Both the position numbers and the translations under genes were made by a program. Positions 1-9,833 of a stretch of 64,000 nucleotides of DNA are shown here, one piece after another (position 1 is the stretch's first letter; every line of letters begins with the position of its first letter). Origin of the DNA: Candidatus Kapaibacterium sp. (GTDB lineage Bacteria > Bacteroidota > Ignavibacteria > Kapaibacteriales > Kapaibacteriaceae); contig VFFB01000002.1 of assembly GCA_018882585.1 (NCBI GenBank), positions 4,634-68,633 on the forward strand, written 5' to 3'. The notes under the pieces are model-generated. The model had not been told where the DNA came from, ran no database searches, and worked only from the letters and a program-made list of their open reading frames with translations.

Positions 1-595
1 ACACGCTAGGGTGCTTTACATCGGGGAGTGCGCCATCAAGTGTATCGGCGGTCGCCCAGCGTTCATCCACTGCAATCAGCTTGCGGTTTGTGGTTTGCAG
101 CACCAACCATACACCAACGCGATATGCACACATGATGCTGTCGATGCCCAGAACTGGCCTCCAGGCACGTCGTTGTTCAGTGCGCAGCACAGTGCCATTC
201 TCGCGAACGGCTACCAGCTCGCCTGCATGCCTTGTGAGCGCACGTGCCTTCCCTAGTGTGTCCAGCCCCGGCATCGGGGCAAACGTGATTCCCTGATTCA
301 TGCTTCGAAGCACGCCATCGCGAGCAGATGTCACGAACACCGTATCGGCATCACTCACGATTGATACGTCAACGATGTTGTTCACCATTCCGTACAACGA
401 CGTGTGCATGCCAGGCCCCTTGACTTCTGAAACCTGCTTAACCTGCGTCATGATCCATGTATCATCACAGTGATCCATATCTACTACGTAGTCATTATCA
501 CCGATCGAAACGGAACCTTTGTACTCTGGATCTGTGGGGCGAGATACAGTTGCACACGACGTCAACAACAGTACCATCAATAGATGGAACAACAT
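1..595 (-). CDS. Predicted lipoprotein of unknown function. Start codon is at 595-593 and the 3' end runs past the left window edge. The gene is absent from the ORF track because no stop lies in the window.
   Basis: Manual reverse-strand translation from 595 gives MLFHLLMVLLLTSCATVS..., a lipoprotein-type signal peptide with a lipobox Cys. The frame stays open for about 197 codons to position 1. It is divergent from the next gene. Confidence 0.5.
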   Translation of the reverse strand, partial: MLFHLLMVLLLTSCATVSRPTDPEYKGSVSIGDNDYVVDMDHCDDTWIMTQVKQVSEVKGPGMHTSLYGMVNNIVDVSIVSDADTVFVTSARDGVLRSMNQGITFAPMPGLDTLGKARALTRHAGELVAVRENGTVLRTEQRRAWRPVLGIDSIMCAYRVGVWLVLQTTNRKLIAVDERWATADTLDGALPDVKHPSV

Positions 596-943
596 GGTTC
601 GCATAAGGTCGTGCTTATTCGGCAGAATTGGATTAGGTCTATTGTTTACAACAGGTTGCATAGAGTTGTCAGGGTTGGCTCTCTGGGGTGTCTTTCGAAT
701 GGATCAATATTGGGCTTGTATTAGCCTCTGTATTTGCGTAAATATAGCTCCATCCATGGCGTGGAAAACCCTGTAACGTCATGGAAGAAGACGGCGTTGG
801 AAGAAATGCGGGCTGCACACGGCATTTTCTGGCCATCGATAGTCACACGTGATTATTGATCGGCCATGCTGTATGTGCAGACTTTTGGAAACCGAAACAA
901 CCTTTCATTCACTCTTACACAAACGTTTCCTCGGAGGCATTCT

Positions 944-3601
944 ATGTCCCAACGACTACACAATGCACGTTCGATCGTGACGCGTCTACTTGCGTCCGTT
1001 GCGTTCGCACTTGCACTTTTCGCATCACCTCAAGACAGCTTCAGCCAAGCTCAGCAAAGCTGTAGCTGGTGGGCAGGTGGCAACTGGACCTACAGTTTCG
1101 TGATCACAGCTCCTCAAGCAGGCACGTCGTGGACGCCTGGTGGCATCCGCACGATCACGTGGACGTCCGGTTATGGTTATGTGGCCGGTACGCAGACGCT
1201 AGAGTTTTCCTCGAACGACGGAGCTTCGTGGAACGTCTTGACGACAGTTTCAAGCGACACAAGGTCTTTCAACTGGAGCATTCCTACGTGTATCACGCAG
1301 AGCTCGACGTATCGTCTCCGCATCACCGAAACTGGTACGACCTATTGGTATAACTGTCCGTTCACAACGGGCGCGTTCTCCATTGGATCGTCATCAGTCT
1401 TCACGCAACAGCCCCAAGCCTTAGCAGCGTGTATCAATACGCGCGCCACATTCACGGTGGGTCTCAGCGGATCGTTCACAACGATCGAATGGCGTAAGGA
1501 CGGAACACCTGTTGGTGGTGGCTCCACGAGCTTCACGATCCCGAGTGTTCAGCCGTCAGACTCTGGCTCCTACAGTGTTCGTGTTGTTGACATCTGCGGC
1601 CGCGAGAGCATCTCGAGCGCAGCTCGTTTGACTGTGCGCGTCCCCCCGACGATCACGCAGCAGCCGCCGGCGCTTATCAACGCATGTGAGAACAGCGTTG
1701 TCGACATCACCTGCGCTGCGTCTGGCAGCCTGTTGACGTATGAGTGGTTCAAGGATGGTGTGGCTGTTCCCGGCGGAACAGCAGCAACGCTACGAATTCC
1801 GAATGCCCTTTCTTCTTCCGCAGGTTCATACACGTGCGTCGTGAGCGGAGCCTGTGCTCCTTCGGCAACCTCATCGGTAACGGTTCTCAACGTTGTCTCA
1901 CGTCCGAAGATCACGCAAGAGCCCCGCGCAGCAGCAGTCTGCCCTGGCGGCAACACAGTGTTGTCGGTTGTTGCAACAGGAAGCAACCTGGTGTATCAGT
2001 GGCAGAAGAATGGCGTGAACGTTGTTGGCGGCAATAACGCCTCGCTGAACCTGACGAACTTCACCTATGACATGAATGGTGATTACCAGTGCGTCATCAC
2101 CTCGAACGTGCCGAACCCCGCGAATTGCCCGGTCACGGCCTCCTCGGCGAAGGTTCGTGTCTCAGGCATCCGCCCTCCGACGGTTACTGCACAGCCTGTT
2201 GGCGCCGACGTCTGCCTTGGTAAGACGGCCAACCTTGTTGTCGAAGCCGATGGTTTCGACCTTCAGTATCAGTGGATGAAGGACAGTGTTGCCATCCCTG
2301 GTGCAACGCAGAACGAACTGACGCTTGCCAACATCAAGGCAACACAAACGGGCAAGTACTCATGCAAGATCACCGGCTCGTGCGGCCTGTCGGTGGTCAG
2401 CAACGGTGTGATGGTCAATGCGATCACGTCGCCGGCCATCACCAAGCACCCCGTCGACGTTACGGTCGTTCTGGGCAACCAGCTTGACCTGACATTTGAA
2501 GGCAAGGACGTTCGTAAGGTGCAGTGGTACAAGAACAGCAAGCCGATCAACGGAGCCACGAACGCATCGTATACCATCACGGCAGTTACGAAGGCTGACG
2601 CCGGCGTGTACAATGCAGTGATCACGAACAACTGCGGTCAAGTCTCGACGAACTATGCAACGGTGACCATCAAGGATCCGGCTGACGACAAGCCCGAGCT
2701 GACGATGGCAACGAACATTGCCGACTTCGGTGAGATTCCGATCGGATATGATAAGTCGATCACGATGAACGCTCTCGTCAAGAACACCGGTACGGCTGTC
2801 ATGCAGGTGACGAGCATCACGACGACTGGTGACGGCTTCTCGATCACGAGTGCCGATCAGACGCCGTTCAACCTTGATCCAGGTGCAACGTCAAGCGTGA
2901 CCGTGACGGCTATGCCCACAACGCTTGGCCAAAGCACTGGTGCCCTGCAGGTCGTCACGAATGCACCGACACCTACGGGTACGGTCGTTCTTTCGGTTAC
3001 GTCGGTTCGCCGCTACACGCACGGTGCAACACTCGCCTTCGAGAATGTCGAAACCGGCAAGTCGAAGGAGCTCTGCATCACGCTCACCAACACGTCGAAC
3101 ATTGACGTTACCATCGACGCCGCTACGATCAACGGCAGCAACGCTGCAGACTTCTCGCTCGTGACGGCAGCTCCCGTGACGATCACGGCCGGCGGCACGA
3201 AGGATGTTTGCCTGACGTTTGCTCCGACGAGCATCGGAGATAAGACGGCATCGGTCGCGGTGACGTCGTCGACAGGCGGTAACTCGTCGCTCGATCTTAC
3301 GGGTACGGGTATCGTTCCGGTCAGCGTCAACGAAGAAGGTGTTGTCGAAGGCGTCAGCGTCTTCCCGAACCCGACGCCAGGCGCCATCGTTGTTCGCAGC
3401 GAGTCGGCCATCGCTTCGGTCGACATCATGAATGCTGCAGGCCAGAAGATCGTCACGATCAACGGCACGGCCAGCACGCCGAACGAGCTTCGCTGGAACG
3501 GCATGGATGCCAACGGTTCGATCATTCCGTCGGGTCTGTACAATGTGGTTATCCGCAGCGCAGGCCAAACGGTAACGGTTCCGGTTGCCGTCGTCCGCTA
3601 A
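944..3601 (+). CDS. Large secreted surface protein: signal peptide, about five Ig (I-set-like) repeats, two ASH/choice-of-anchor-like beta-sandwich domains and a T9SS C-terminal sorting domain.
   Basis: ORF 866..3601. The more plausible start is Met at 944 (MSQRLHNARSIVTRLLASVAFALALFA, signal peptide). Repeats of about 90 aa fit the pattern 'ITQQP..C.G..YQWxKNG..GG....L.L.N....D.G.Y.C'. The C-terminus 'VFPNPTPGAIVV...GLYNVVIRSAGQTVTVPVAVVR' is typical of the T9SS CTD. Confidence 0.85.
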   Translation: MSQRLHNARSIVTRLLASVAFALALFASPQDSFSQAQQSCSWWAGGNWTYSFVITAPQAGTSWTPGGIRTITWTSGYGYVAGTQTLEFSSNDGASWNVLTTVSSDTRSFNWSIPTCITQSSTYRLRITETGTTYWYNCPFTTGAFSIGSSSVFTQQPQALAACINTRATFTVGLSGSFTTIEWRKDGTPVGGGSTSFTIPSVQPSDSGSYSVRVVDICGRESISSAARLTVRVPPTITQQPPALINACENSVVDITCAASGSLLTYEWFKDGVAVPGGTAATLRIPNALSSSAGSYTCVVSGACAPSATSSVTVLNVVSRPKITQEPRAAAVCPGGNTVLSVVATGSNLVYQWQKNGVNVVGGNNASLNLTNFTYDMNGDYQCVITSNVPNPANCPVTASSAKVRVSGIRPPTVTAQPVGADVCLGKTANLVVEADGFDLQYQWMKDSVAIPGATQNELTLANIKATQTGKYSCKITGSCGLSVVSNGVMVNAITSPAITKHPVDVTVVLGNQLDLTFEGKDVRKVQWYKNSKPINGATNASYTITAVTKADAGVYNAVITNNCGQVSTNYATVTIKDPADDKPELTMATNIADFGEIPIGYDKSITMNALVKNTGTAVMQVTSITTTGDGFSITSADQTPFNLDPGATSSVTVTAMPTTLGQSTGALQVVTNAPTPTGTVVLSVTSVRRYTHGATLAFENVETGKSKELCITLTNTSNIDVTIDAATINGSNAADFSLVTAAPVTITAGGTKDVCLTFAPTSIGDKTASVAVTSSTGGNSSLDLTGTGIVPVSVNEEGVVEGVSVFPNPTPGAIVVRSESAIASVDIMNAAGQKIVTINGTASTPNELRWNGMDANGSIIPSGLYNVVIRSAGQTVTVPVAVVR

Positions 3602-3626
3602 GAACAGAGCAGCTTCGAAGTTTCAC

Positions 3627-3668
3627 GGGCGCACTCCCAACGGAGTGCGCCCGTTGTCGTTTGTATCT
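3627..3668 (+). terminator. Rho-independent terminator after the Ig/T9SS gene.
   Basis: Perfect 11-bp inverted repeat GGGCGCACTCC-caac-GGAGTGCGCCC (3627-3652) followed by a T-rich tail gttgtcgtttgtatctt. Confidence 0.6.
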
Positions 3669-3675
3669 TCGCCGT

Positions 3676-4371
3676 ATGGATACTTCGTGGGTCGTCATCA
3701 TTCCAGCTGCCGGTACAGGCTCGCGCTTTGGCGGCTCGCTGCCAAAACAGTACGTCGAACTTGACGGTGTGTCGATTCTTGTGCGAACCGTGCGGAACGC
3801 TCTGGCCCATCCATCCGTTACAGCTGTCGTTGTGGCCGTCCATCCATCCATGATGGATCACGCCTCGAATCTGCTTGGACATCTCGACGAGCGTATCGTG
3901 GTGGTCGAAGGCGACGTTGAACGACAACACAGCATAGCTCGATGTCTGCAGCATCCTGCCTGTGCGTCTGCCGACGTCATCCTTGTCCACGACGCCGTTC
4001 GGCCCTTCGCAACAGCGGCGCTGTTTGAACGGGTGGGCGTAGCGGCAGCGTTGCACGGAGCAGCCATTCCTGCCGTCCCGGTGACCGACACGATCAAGCA
4101 GATAGATGCAGATGGATTCATCACAACGACGCTTCCACGGGCCTCGCTGCGTGCCGCGCAGACGCCACAGGGTTTTCGGAGGTCTGTGCTGATACACGCC
4201 TACGAACACGCTGCCGCAGAGGGTGTGGTGGGTACCGACGATGCGTCGCTTGTCGAGGCCCTCGGCGGACGTGTAACAACTGTCGAAGGCATGGGTTCTA
4301 ACATCAAGATCACAACACAGCTCGATATGGACATCGCTCACCATCTGTTGCGCATGCATGGACTCGCCTAA
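3676..4371 (+). CDS. ispD: 2-C-methyl-D-erythritol 4-phosphate cytidylyltransferase (MEP pathway).
   Basis: N-terminal 'VVIIPAAGTGSRFG...PKQY' glycine-rich CTP-binding motif and IspD-like length. The ORF track starts at 3661, but Met 3676 lies outside the terminator tail. Confidence 0.88.
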   Translation: MDTSWVVIIPAAGTGSRFGGSLPKQYVELDGVSILVRTVRNALAHPSVTAVVVAVHPSMMDHASNLLGHLDERIVVVEGDVERQHSIARCLQHPACASADVILVHDAVRPFATAALFERVGVAAALHGAAIPAVPVTDTIKQIDADGFITTTLPRASLRAAQTPQGFRRSVLIHAYEHAAAEGVVGTDDASLVEALGGRVTTVEGMGSNIKITTQLDMDIAHHLLRMHGLA

Positions 4372-5413
4372 GTTCTCCGCTGCCCCTTACTATGGCGCTT
4401 TGCTGTTTCCGGTGCTGCTTGTTCTGGCTGCGCTGGGCGGGGGCTGGTGGTTAGCTCTCCCGACGTTTCTTGCCCTTGTCGTGATTCCGATCCTTGATAC
4501 GGTTGCAGGAGTAGATGACCGATCACCTTCGAACGAAGAAGTAGCCGGGCTCGAGGCACGTGCTTCATTTCGTGTCGTGTTGTACCTATACGTTGTTCTG
4601 CAATCGGTTGCCCTTGTCGTCATGTGCGTGGCCTTTGCTCAAGGAGATTGGGCTGGTTGGGAGATCGCATTGGCTGTGCTCAGCACAGGCATCGTGACGG
4701 GCGGTATCGGTATCACGATCGCTCACGAGCTTGGACATCGGCAAGCCGTGGTTGAACGTTTGTTAGGATACGTTCTGCTTGCCGAAGTGGGCTATTTACA
4801 CTTCGTGCTGGAACACGTACAGGGGCATCACCGAAACGTAGGACTCGACGAAGATCCGGCAACAGCACGTCGCGGTGAACCCGCATATCGATTCATCCTG
4901 CGAAGTGCTGTTGGACAGTGGTTTCACGCATGGGGCATCGAGGCACAGCGACTGCGGGCGCTCGGCAGGTCGCCGCTGAGCCTTTCGAACCGCGTGATCA
5001 GGTGGGCCGTGCTGCCAGTGGTTCTGCTTACCGGTTGCATCACGTTCTGGGGACCAATGATCGCCGTGTTGCTCGTTGGACAGTCTGTTGTAGCCATTGC
5101 GTTGCTCGAGCTGGTGAATTACGTCGAACACTACGGTCTTGTCCGTGCCGAGATAAAGCCCGGCGTACGCGACCGCGTACGTGCGATCCATTCGTGGGAG
5201 TCGCGATACGTTGCGTCCAACGCGATCTTGTTCAAGTTGCAACGACATGCCGACCATCATCTTCTGCCGCATCGACGATATCAGTCGCTACGGTTACACG
5301 ACGAGTCGCCGCAACTGCCGCACGGATACCCCCTCATGATCATGCTTGCACTCGTTCCGCCACTCTGGCGTCGTAGCATCCACCCACGGCTTGATGCGAT
5401 GCGATCTGCCTGA
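4358..5413 (+). CDS. Integral-membrane di-iron hydroxylase of the AlkB / fatty-acid-desaturase family (alkane 1-monooxygenase-like).
   Basis: All four AlkB histidine boxes are present: HELGHR, EHVQGHH, NYVEHYGL and LQRHADHH. Several hydrophobic helices are present. The gene overlaps the ispD stop by 14 nt. Confidence 0.8.
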   Translation: MDSPKFSAAPYYGALLFPVLLVLAALGGGWWLALPTFLALVVIPILDTVAGVDDRSPSNEEVAGLEARASFRVVLYLYVVLQSVALVVMCVAFAQGDWAGWEIALAVLSTGIVTGGIGITIAHELGHRQAVVERLLGYVLLAEVGYLHFVLEHVQGHHRNVGLDEDPATARRGEPAYRFILRSAVGQWFHAWGIEAQRLRALGRSPLSLSNRVIRWAVLPVVLLTGCITFWGPMIAVLLVGQSVVAIALLELVNYVEHYGLVRAEIKPGVRDRVRAIHSWESRYVASNAILFKLQRHADHHLLPHRRYQSLRLHDESPQLPHGYPLMIMLALVPPLWRRSIHPRLDAMRSA

Positions 5414-5495
5414 ACCGTTCTACGGTTGCGAACAGTGGTGCGTGCGTGTATCTTTGCGCCCGCTTTTCATCCCACCATCCCACCTGGAGCTCATC

Positions 5496-5735
5496 ATGTT
5501 CTGGACACCTGAGCTGGCCTCGTATCTCGAAGATGCACCTTGGCCCGCTACAAAGGAAGAGCTGATCGATTATGCCAATCGAACCGGCGCTCCACTGCAA
5601 GTCATCGAGAATCTTCAAGAGCTTGATGATACCGAAGAACAGACCTACGAAGGCATCGAAGACATCTGGCCGGAATATGAGGCCGGATCAGATGATCTGT
5701 TCTTCAGCGATGACGATGAAATGAACGAGTACTGA
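5496..5735 (+). CDS. Small acidic DUF2795-like protein.
   Basis: MFWTPELASYLEDAPWPATKEELIDYANRTGAP...ENLQEL resembles the DUF2795 core, with a very acidic C-terminus. The ORF-track start at 5346 is an implausible extension overlapping the AlkB-like gene. Confidence 0.55.
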   Translation: MFWTPELASYLEDAPWPATKEELIDYANRTGAPLQVIENLQELDDTEEQTYEGIEDIWPEYEAGSDDLFFSDDDEMNEY

Positions 5736-5837
5736 CCACTCGAAATTCCTGCATACACGCCCGGTCGCGACGTCCGCTGCCGGGCGTCGTCGTTTACGGG
5801 TGACCCATCGACCGTATCTTTATGGCCTCAGCAGACC

Positions 5838-8114
5838 ATGCATTCGCTTCTGACCTATCTCGTTGTGCTTGTGACCGTTGCCGCGCTACCTTTGATAGCA
5901 CAGCAACGGTCGGTCGACTTTGTTCGCACCGGTGACCCGGCCGTTCAGGCAGAAGCGCAGGAGCTGCAGGATATTCGCTTCGAGGGCCTGCGCGAGGCAA
6001 CATCTGAGCAGCTGCTTGGCATCATCTCGTCGCGCGCCAGCGACATCAGTCTGACCCACGAGTTCACGCGGTATTACCGCTCGAACATCCGAAAAAATCG
6101 CTCGGCACCCGCCGTGCTCGTGCGGCAACTGGATACCATCGCACGCTCCCTCGAATCCGAGTTCCGGTATTACGAACCGCGAACGGCCGAAGCAGACAGC
6201 GCAGCACTGCTGACGTACTTCAACCAGAACGGATTTCATCAGGCCGCCGTTCGGTATGGCTTCGGACGTGACCCGAAGACTCGCCGGAACACATTGGTGT
6301 TTCATGTTTCCGAAGGACCCCGGGCCGTTATCGATACGATCATCTACATTGGTCTGGAAGACCTCCCCGACGATATTGCCACGAACGTAACGTCTGTCCG
6401 CCAACTCGAAGCAGGAAAGCCGTTCAGCGAGAATGCCATCGAGGCCGAGGTTCGCCAGATCCATGAACTGCTTCGAAACAACGGATACTTTCGAGCAACG
6501 TATGAACGGCCGTATGTTGGCCGCTCAAAGGATCTTCTACACGACACGATCGTTGTTGTGATGGATCCCGGCACACGGTGTCGCATCAGCGCAGTCCTGT
6601 TCGAGGAACATGTCGCTGGCTTTCCGTCGGTCACCGAGTCCACCCGCCGCCGACAGCTCGAGTTTGACGTCGGTCAATGGTACAGCGCCGAACGTGTCTC
6701 CCAATCACGGAACAACCTCATTACGCTGGGTACGTTCGAGAACGTCACGATCGACACTATTCCGTCGGATCAGTGTCCGCTGCATATCCCACCCAATACC
6801 GACAGTACCATCGCCCTGCGCGTTTTCACGCGGAATGCGAAGTACTACGACGTCGGCACCGACCTGCTGCTCTATCAAACGTCGATCGACAACTATCTGA
6901 ACTTTGGTGTTGGCGCCCTTGCGCTTCACCGCAATGCATTTGGTGGCGCGCAACAGGTCAGCTTGCAAGGTCAGTTCGTCCTCCAGGATATCAGCCGCGC
7001 GTTTCAGGGTCAGCAGCTCGAAACAGAGACGATCGCTCAGCTTGGTCTGGACTGGCCCAGCGCCTTCCGCGTACTAGACCAACGCGCGCGCATCATCGCA
7101 AATACCCAATACTCGCTACGTCGACTGATCGAGGCGTTCCGGCTCGAGTCTTCAAGCCTGACACTGCGCATGCCCATCAGTCTTTACCGTCATACGTTGT
7201 TCAACGGATTGGAGTTCTCCGTTTCCTTCGAGCGCCAGATTCCACGTGAATATCAAGGGGCGTTGGATTCCGCGCTTACGCGCGCTGAGACACCAGCCGA
7301 GATCGAAAACATCCTGCAGACGTTCTTGTCCTTCGTTGCACTCGATAACCACCTTCAGCAGGGCGCCTTTCTCACGGGTTCGTTCTTCGGTTTTTCGCTC
7401 CGGGGCGAGCATCGCGATAACCCCGTCAACCCCAGCCGCGGTACATTCACGTCGCTTTCGGCGGAGTATGGCGACGGAGCCGGACGGTTCATCAGAGCGC
7501 AGTTTTTCAATGGAACGTACACACCGATCCACCCGCTCCTGGTTGCCGCAACGAAGATCCGCCTTGGTCATATCCACTTGATCGATCCCTCGAACACATA
7601 CGTGCCGCTCGAGCGACAGTTCTTCGCCGGTGGCGCCGCATCGATCAGGTCGTACGCTTCGCGTCAACTTCATGATGTGAATTCGGGGAAGTTGAACTTC
7701 GAAGGAGGCGACGAGGAGCGCATCTTCAACAACATCCTTGGTAGCGCCTCGCTGCTCGAACTTGGTGTTGAATTCCGGTTTTCATTTCACCGCCCGTCGA
7801 ACATGCCCGACGTTATCGCCACATTTGTCGAAAACAGTGGGTTTACCCTGTTCGGTGATATCGGTAATGCCTTCAATCGCCTTACCGTTGATAAGTACGG
7901 AACAGCACGGTTGCGCGACTTTGTAACAGGTTCGGTGGTAGCCGCAGGCGTGGGTTATCGGTTTCAGACGCCGGTAGGTCCGTTCCGCATCGATTATGCC
8001 ACAAGCATCTACGACCCCGCGTTGGGCGATGAGGCGGTCATCTGGAATGGACGCCGCAACGTGTTTGCCTTCAGCAACTGGCAACTTTCTGTCGGCCTGG
8101 GTCACGCGTTCTGA
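5838..8114 (+). CDS. Omp85/BamA-TamA family outer-membrane beta-barrel protein.
   Basis: Signal peptide MHSLLTYLVVLVTVAALPLIAQQ. It is 758 aa with glycine/aromatic-rich beta-strand segments in the C-terminal half and a terminal ...SVGLGHAF (C-terminal Phe). Confidence 0.65.
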   Translation: MHSLLTYLVVLVTVAALPLIAQQRSVDFVRTGDPAVQAEAQELQDIRFEGLREATSEQLLGIISSRASDISLTHEFTRYYRSNIRKNRSAPAVLVRQLDTIARSLESEFRYYEPRTAEADSAALLTYFNQNGFHQAAVRYGFGRDPKTRRNTLVFHVSEGPRAVIDTIIYIGLEDLPDDIATNVTSVRQLEAGKPFSENAIEAEVRQIHELLRNNGYFRATYERPYVGRSKDLLHDTIVVVMDPGTRCRISAVLFEEHVAGFPSVTESTRRRQLEFDVGQWYSAERVSQSRNNLITLGTFENVTIDTIPSDQCPLHIPPNTDSTIALRVFTRNAKYYDVGTDLLLYQTSIDNYLNFGVGALALHRNAFGGAQQVSLQGQFVLQDISRAFQGQQLETETIAQLGLDWPSAFRVLDQRARIIANTQYSLRRLIEAFRLESSSLTLRMPISLYRHTLFNGLEFSVSFERQIPREYQGALDSALTRAETPAEIENILQTFLSFVALDNHLQQGAFLTGSFFGFSLRGEHRDNPVNPSRGTFTSLSAEYGDGAGRFIRAQFFNGTYTPIHPLLVAATKIRLGHIHLIDPSNTYVPLERQFFAGGAASIRSYASRQLHDVNSGKLNFEGGDEERIFNNILGSASLLELGVEFRFSFHRPSNMPDVIATFVENSGFTLFGDIGNAFNRLTVDKYGTARLRDFVTGSVVAAGVGYRFQTPVGPFRIDYATSIYDPALGDEAVIWNGRRNVFAFSNWQLSVGLGHAF

Positions 8115-8118
8115 CGCG

Positions 8119-9003
8119 TCACAGCGAGGCAACCAGACGCTCTCCGCGCGATGTCCTCACCGCTCTGTACATGCCGGTCGTGTTGTACGGCATGGCAACA
8201 TTTCCGCGATCGTCTATGGCGATGATGCCGCCATTACCACCAAGAGCTTCGATGTCTGACATGGCCGTACCAGCGGCTACTCCGACGGTTTCGCCAAGCA
8301 ACTGCATGCGCGATACGATGGTGTGCGCTGCGGCCGTACGGATGAAGTACTCACCCACGCCGGTGCACGAAACTGCCCCAACTCGATTGGCGGCATAGGT
8401 ACCAGCCCCGATGATCGGTGTGTCGCCAACGCGACCGGCCGTCTTGCGGAGTGTTCCACCTGTGGTGGTTGCTGCTGCGAGAATACCATTCAGATCCAAG
8501 GCAACAGCTCCTACCGTTCCACGGTGCGCCGAAGGTACTTCCGTCGCTATTGCCGCTGTATCACATGGCTGGAAGTAGTTCGCATCAACTACGGCCAGAC
8601 CGTGGTGCTCCGCCAGTAACTCTGCCTCAGTTCCAACAAACAGCACGTGGTCTGTTTGCTCCATCACGGTGCGTGCGGCCAGGATCGGATTCTTTACCGA
8701 GCGGACCGATGCAACGGCTCCGGCGGCACGCGTACGTCCGCACATGATCGAGGCGTCGCACTCAACGTAGCCCTTGGTGTTTGGCGACGAACCGCGCCCG
8801 GCGTGAAACAACGCAGAGTCCTCCATGCGCACACAGGCATGCGTTACCACATCGAGTGCCGCACTGCCCCCTTCCAACATCACATACAGATCGTCGATGA
8901 GCGTGGAGAGAAATGCTTCGGCTTCTTCAAGCCTTCCTGTGCCGCGATAGCGCACCAGATTACCGGCGCCACCGTGAAGGGCGATGGTGATGGGACGCGA
9001 CAT
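8119..9003 (-). CDS. iaaA: Isoaspartyl peptidase / L-asparaginase (Ntn-hydrolase, plant-type asparaginase family).
   Basis: HGGAG N-terminus, the autoproteolytic GTVGAVALD Thr nucleophile region and a GAGT glycine-rich loop. Confidence 0.85.
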   Translation of the reverse strand: MSRPITIALHGGAGNLVRYRGTGRLEEAEAFLSTLIDDLYVMLEGGSAALDVVTHACVRMEDSALFHAGRGSSPNTKGYVECDASIMCGRTRAAGAVASVRSVKNPILAARTVMEQTDHVLFVGTEAELLAEHHGLAVVDANYFQPCDTAAIATEVPSAHRGTVGAVALDLNGILAAATTTGGTLRKTAGRVGDTPIIGAGTYAANRVGAVSCTGVGEYFIRTAAAHTIVSRMQLLGETVGVAAGTAMSDIEALGGNGGIIAIDDRGNVAMPYNTTGMYRAVRTSRGERLVASL

Positions 9004-9833
9004 CAGGTGGTGATCTTTCCGATGACCGAGTCCTGAATGTCGTGTAGCGTTGCATTGGCCATCAGCGTCAGGATGCCGTCGGTGACCATGTGTTGATGGT
9101 ACGTAGCTGTGATGCCTTCTTTGGCAAGCGCTTCGATGATGGGGGCACTCTCGCCACCGGTGATCACGATACTTGCAGGTGCTGTTCCGTCCGCACCGAT
9201 GTAATGGCGGACAGCGTACGAGATACCACCGGCAACGCTGGCCGTCACACCTGCCATGACCGAGTGCTGGGTGTTCTGTCCGATCGTTTCTTGTCCAGGC
9301 GTGTAGCGATACTCAGGAATGCCGGCCGTTTGCTTTGCCAGACCAAACAACTGGGTCGATACACCGGCAAAGATGACGCCGCCATTGAACGTACGGTCGG
9401 CACCGATGGCATTGACCGTTACGGCCGTGCCGCAATCGACTGTAACAAGTGGCGGAGCCACCTGTGTCATCGCTCCGATCGAGCCCAGGAGACGATCGAT
9501 ACCGGCATGTTCGACATCGCCGAAGTGTAACAGTGCCTCATTACGCATGAGCAACGAGTGTGCATTCACGACCATATGTCCCGGACAACGTTGGAGTACC
9601 TTGACAATGGCTGTTGTCTGCTTGGGATTGACACTTGAAAGTCCTATCAAATACCGGCGGTTCACATGGTCACGGAAGTGATGTTGTACATTCTTCTTCC
9701 AGTCCTTGTCGTACGGAAACGATAGGAACACGTCATCGTGATGGATCTTCACCCGGCTGTTGCCGACGTCAATGCCGGCGATGCCATAAACAACGCCATT
9801 CAGCTCAATCGAGGTATCGTAGAGTGTCGCCAT
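9003..9833 (-). CDS. coaX: Type III pantothenate kinase.
   Basis: GIDVGNSRVK (DxGNT-like phosphate-1 motif) and a second ATP-binding motif TVDCGTAVTV. The ORF track starts at 9890, but Met at 9833 (MATLY...) fits CoaX length better. Its stop overlaps the iaaA start by 1 nt. Confidence 0.8.
   Translation of the reverse strand: MATLYDTSIELNGVVYGIAGIDVGNSRVKIHHDDVFLSFPYDKDWKKNVQHHFRDHVNRRYLIGLSSVNPKQTTAIVKVLQRCPGHMVVNAHSLLMRNEALLHFGDVEHAGIDRLLGSIGAMTQVAPPLVTVDCGTAVTVNAIGADRTFNGGVIFAGVSTQLFGLAKQTAGIPEYRYTPGQETIGQNTQHSVMAGVTASVAGGISYAVRHYIGADGTAPASIVITGGESAPIIEALAKEGITATYHQHMVTDGILTLMANATLHDIQDSVIGKITT

Noticed and set aside
11-296. Plus-strand ORFs 11..256 and 81..296 at the left edge.
   Set aside because: They are opposite to a 197-codon open minus-strand frame that begins with a lipoprotein signal peptide, and they have no motifs.
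2891-4359. Minus-strand ORFs (2891..3568, 3013..3543, 3598..4359) over the Ig-protein and ispD genes.
   Set aside because: They are antisense to genes with clear functional motifs. Their Arg/Cys-rich composition is typical of spurious GC-rich frames.
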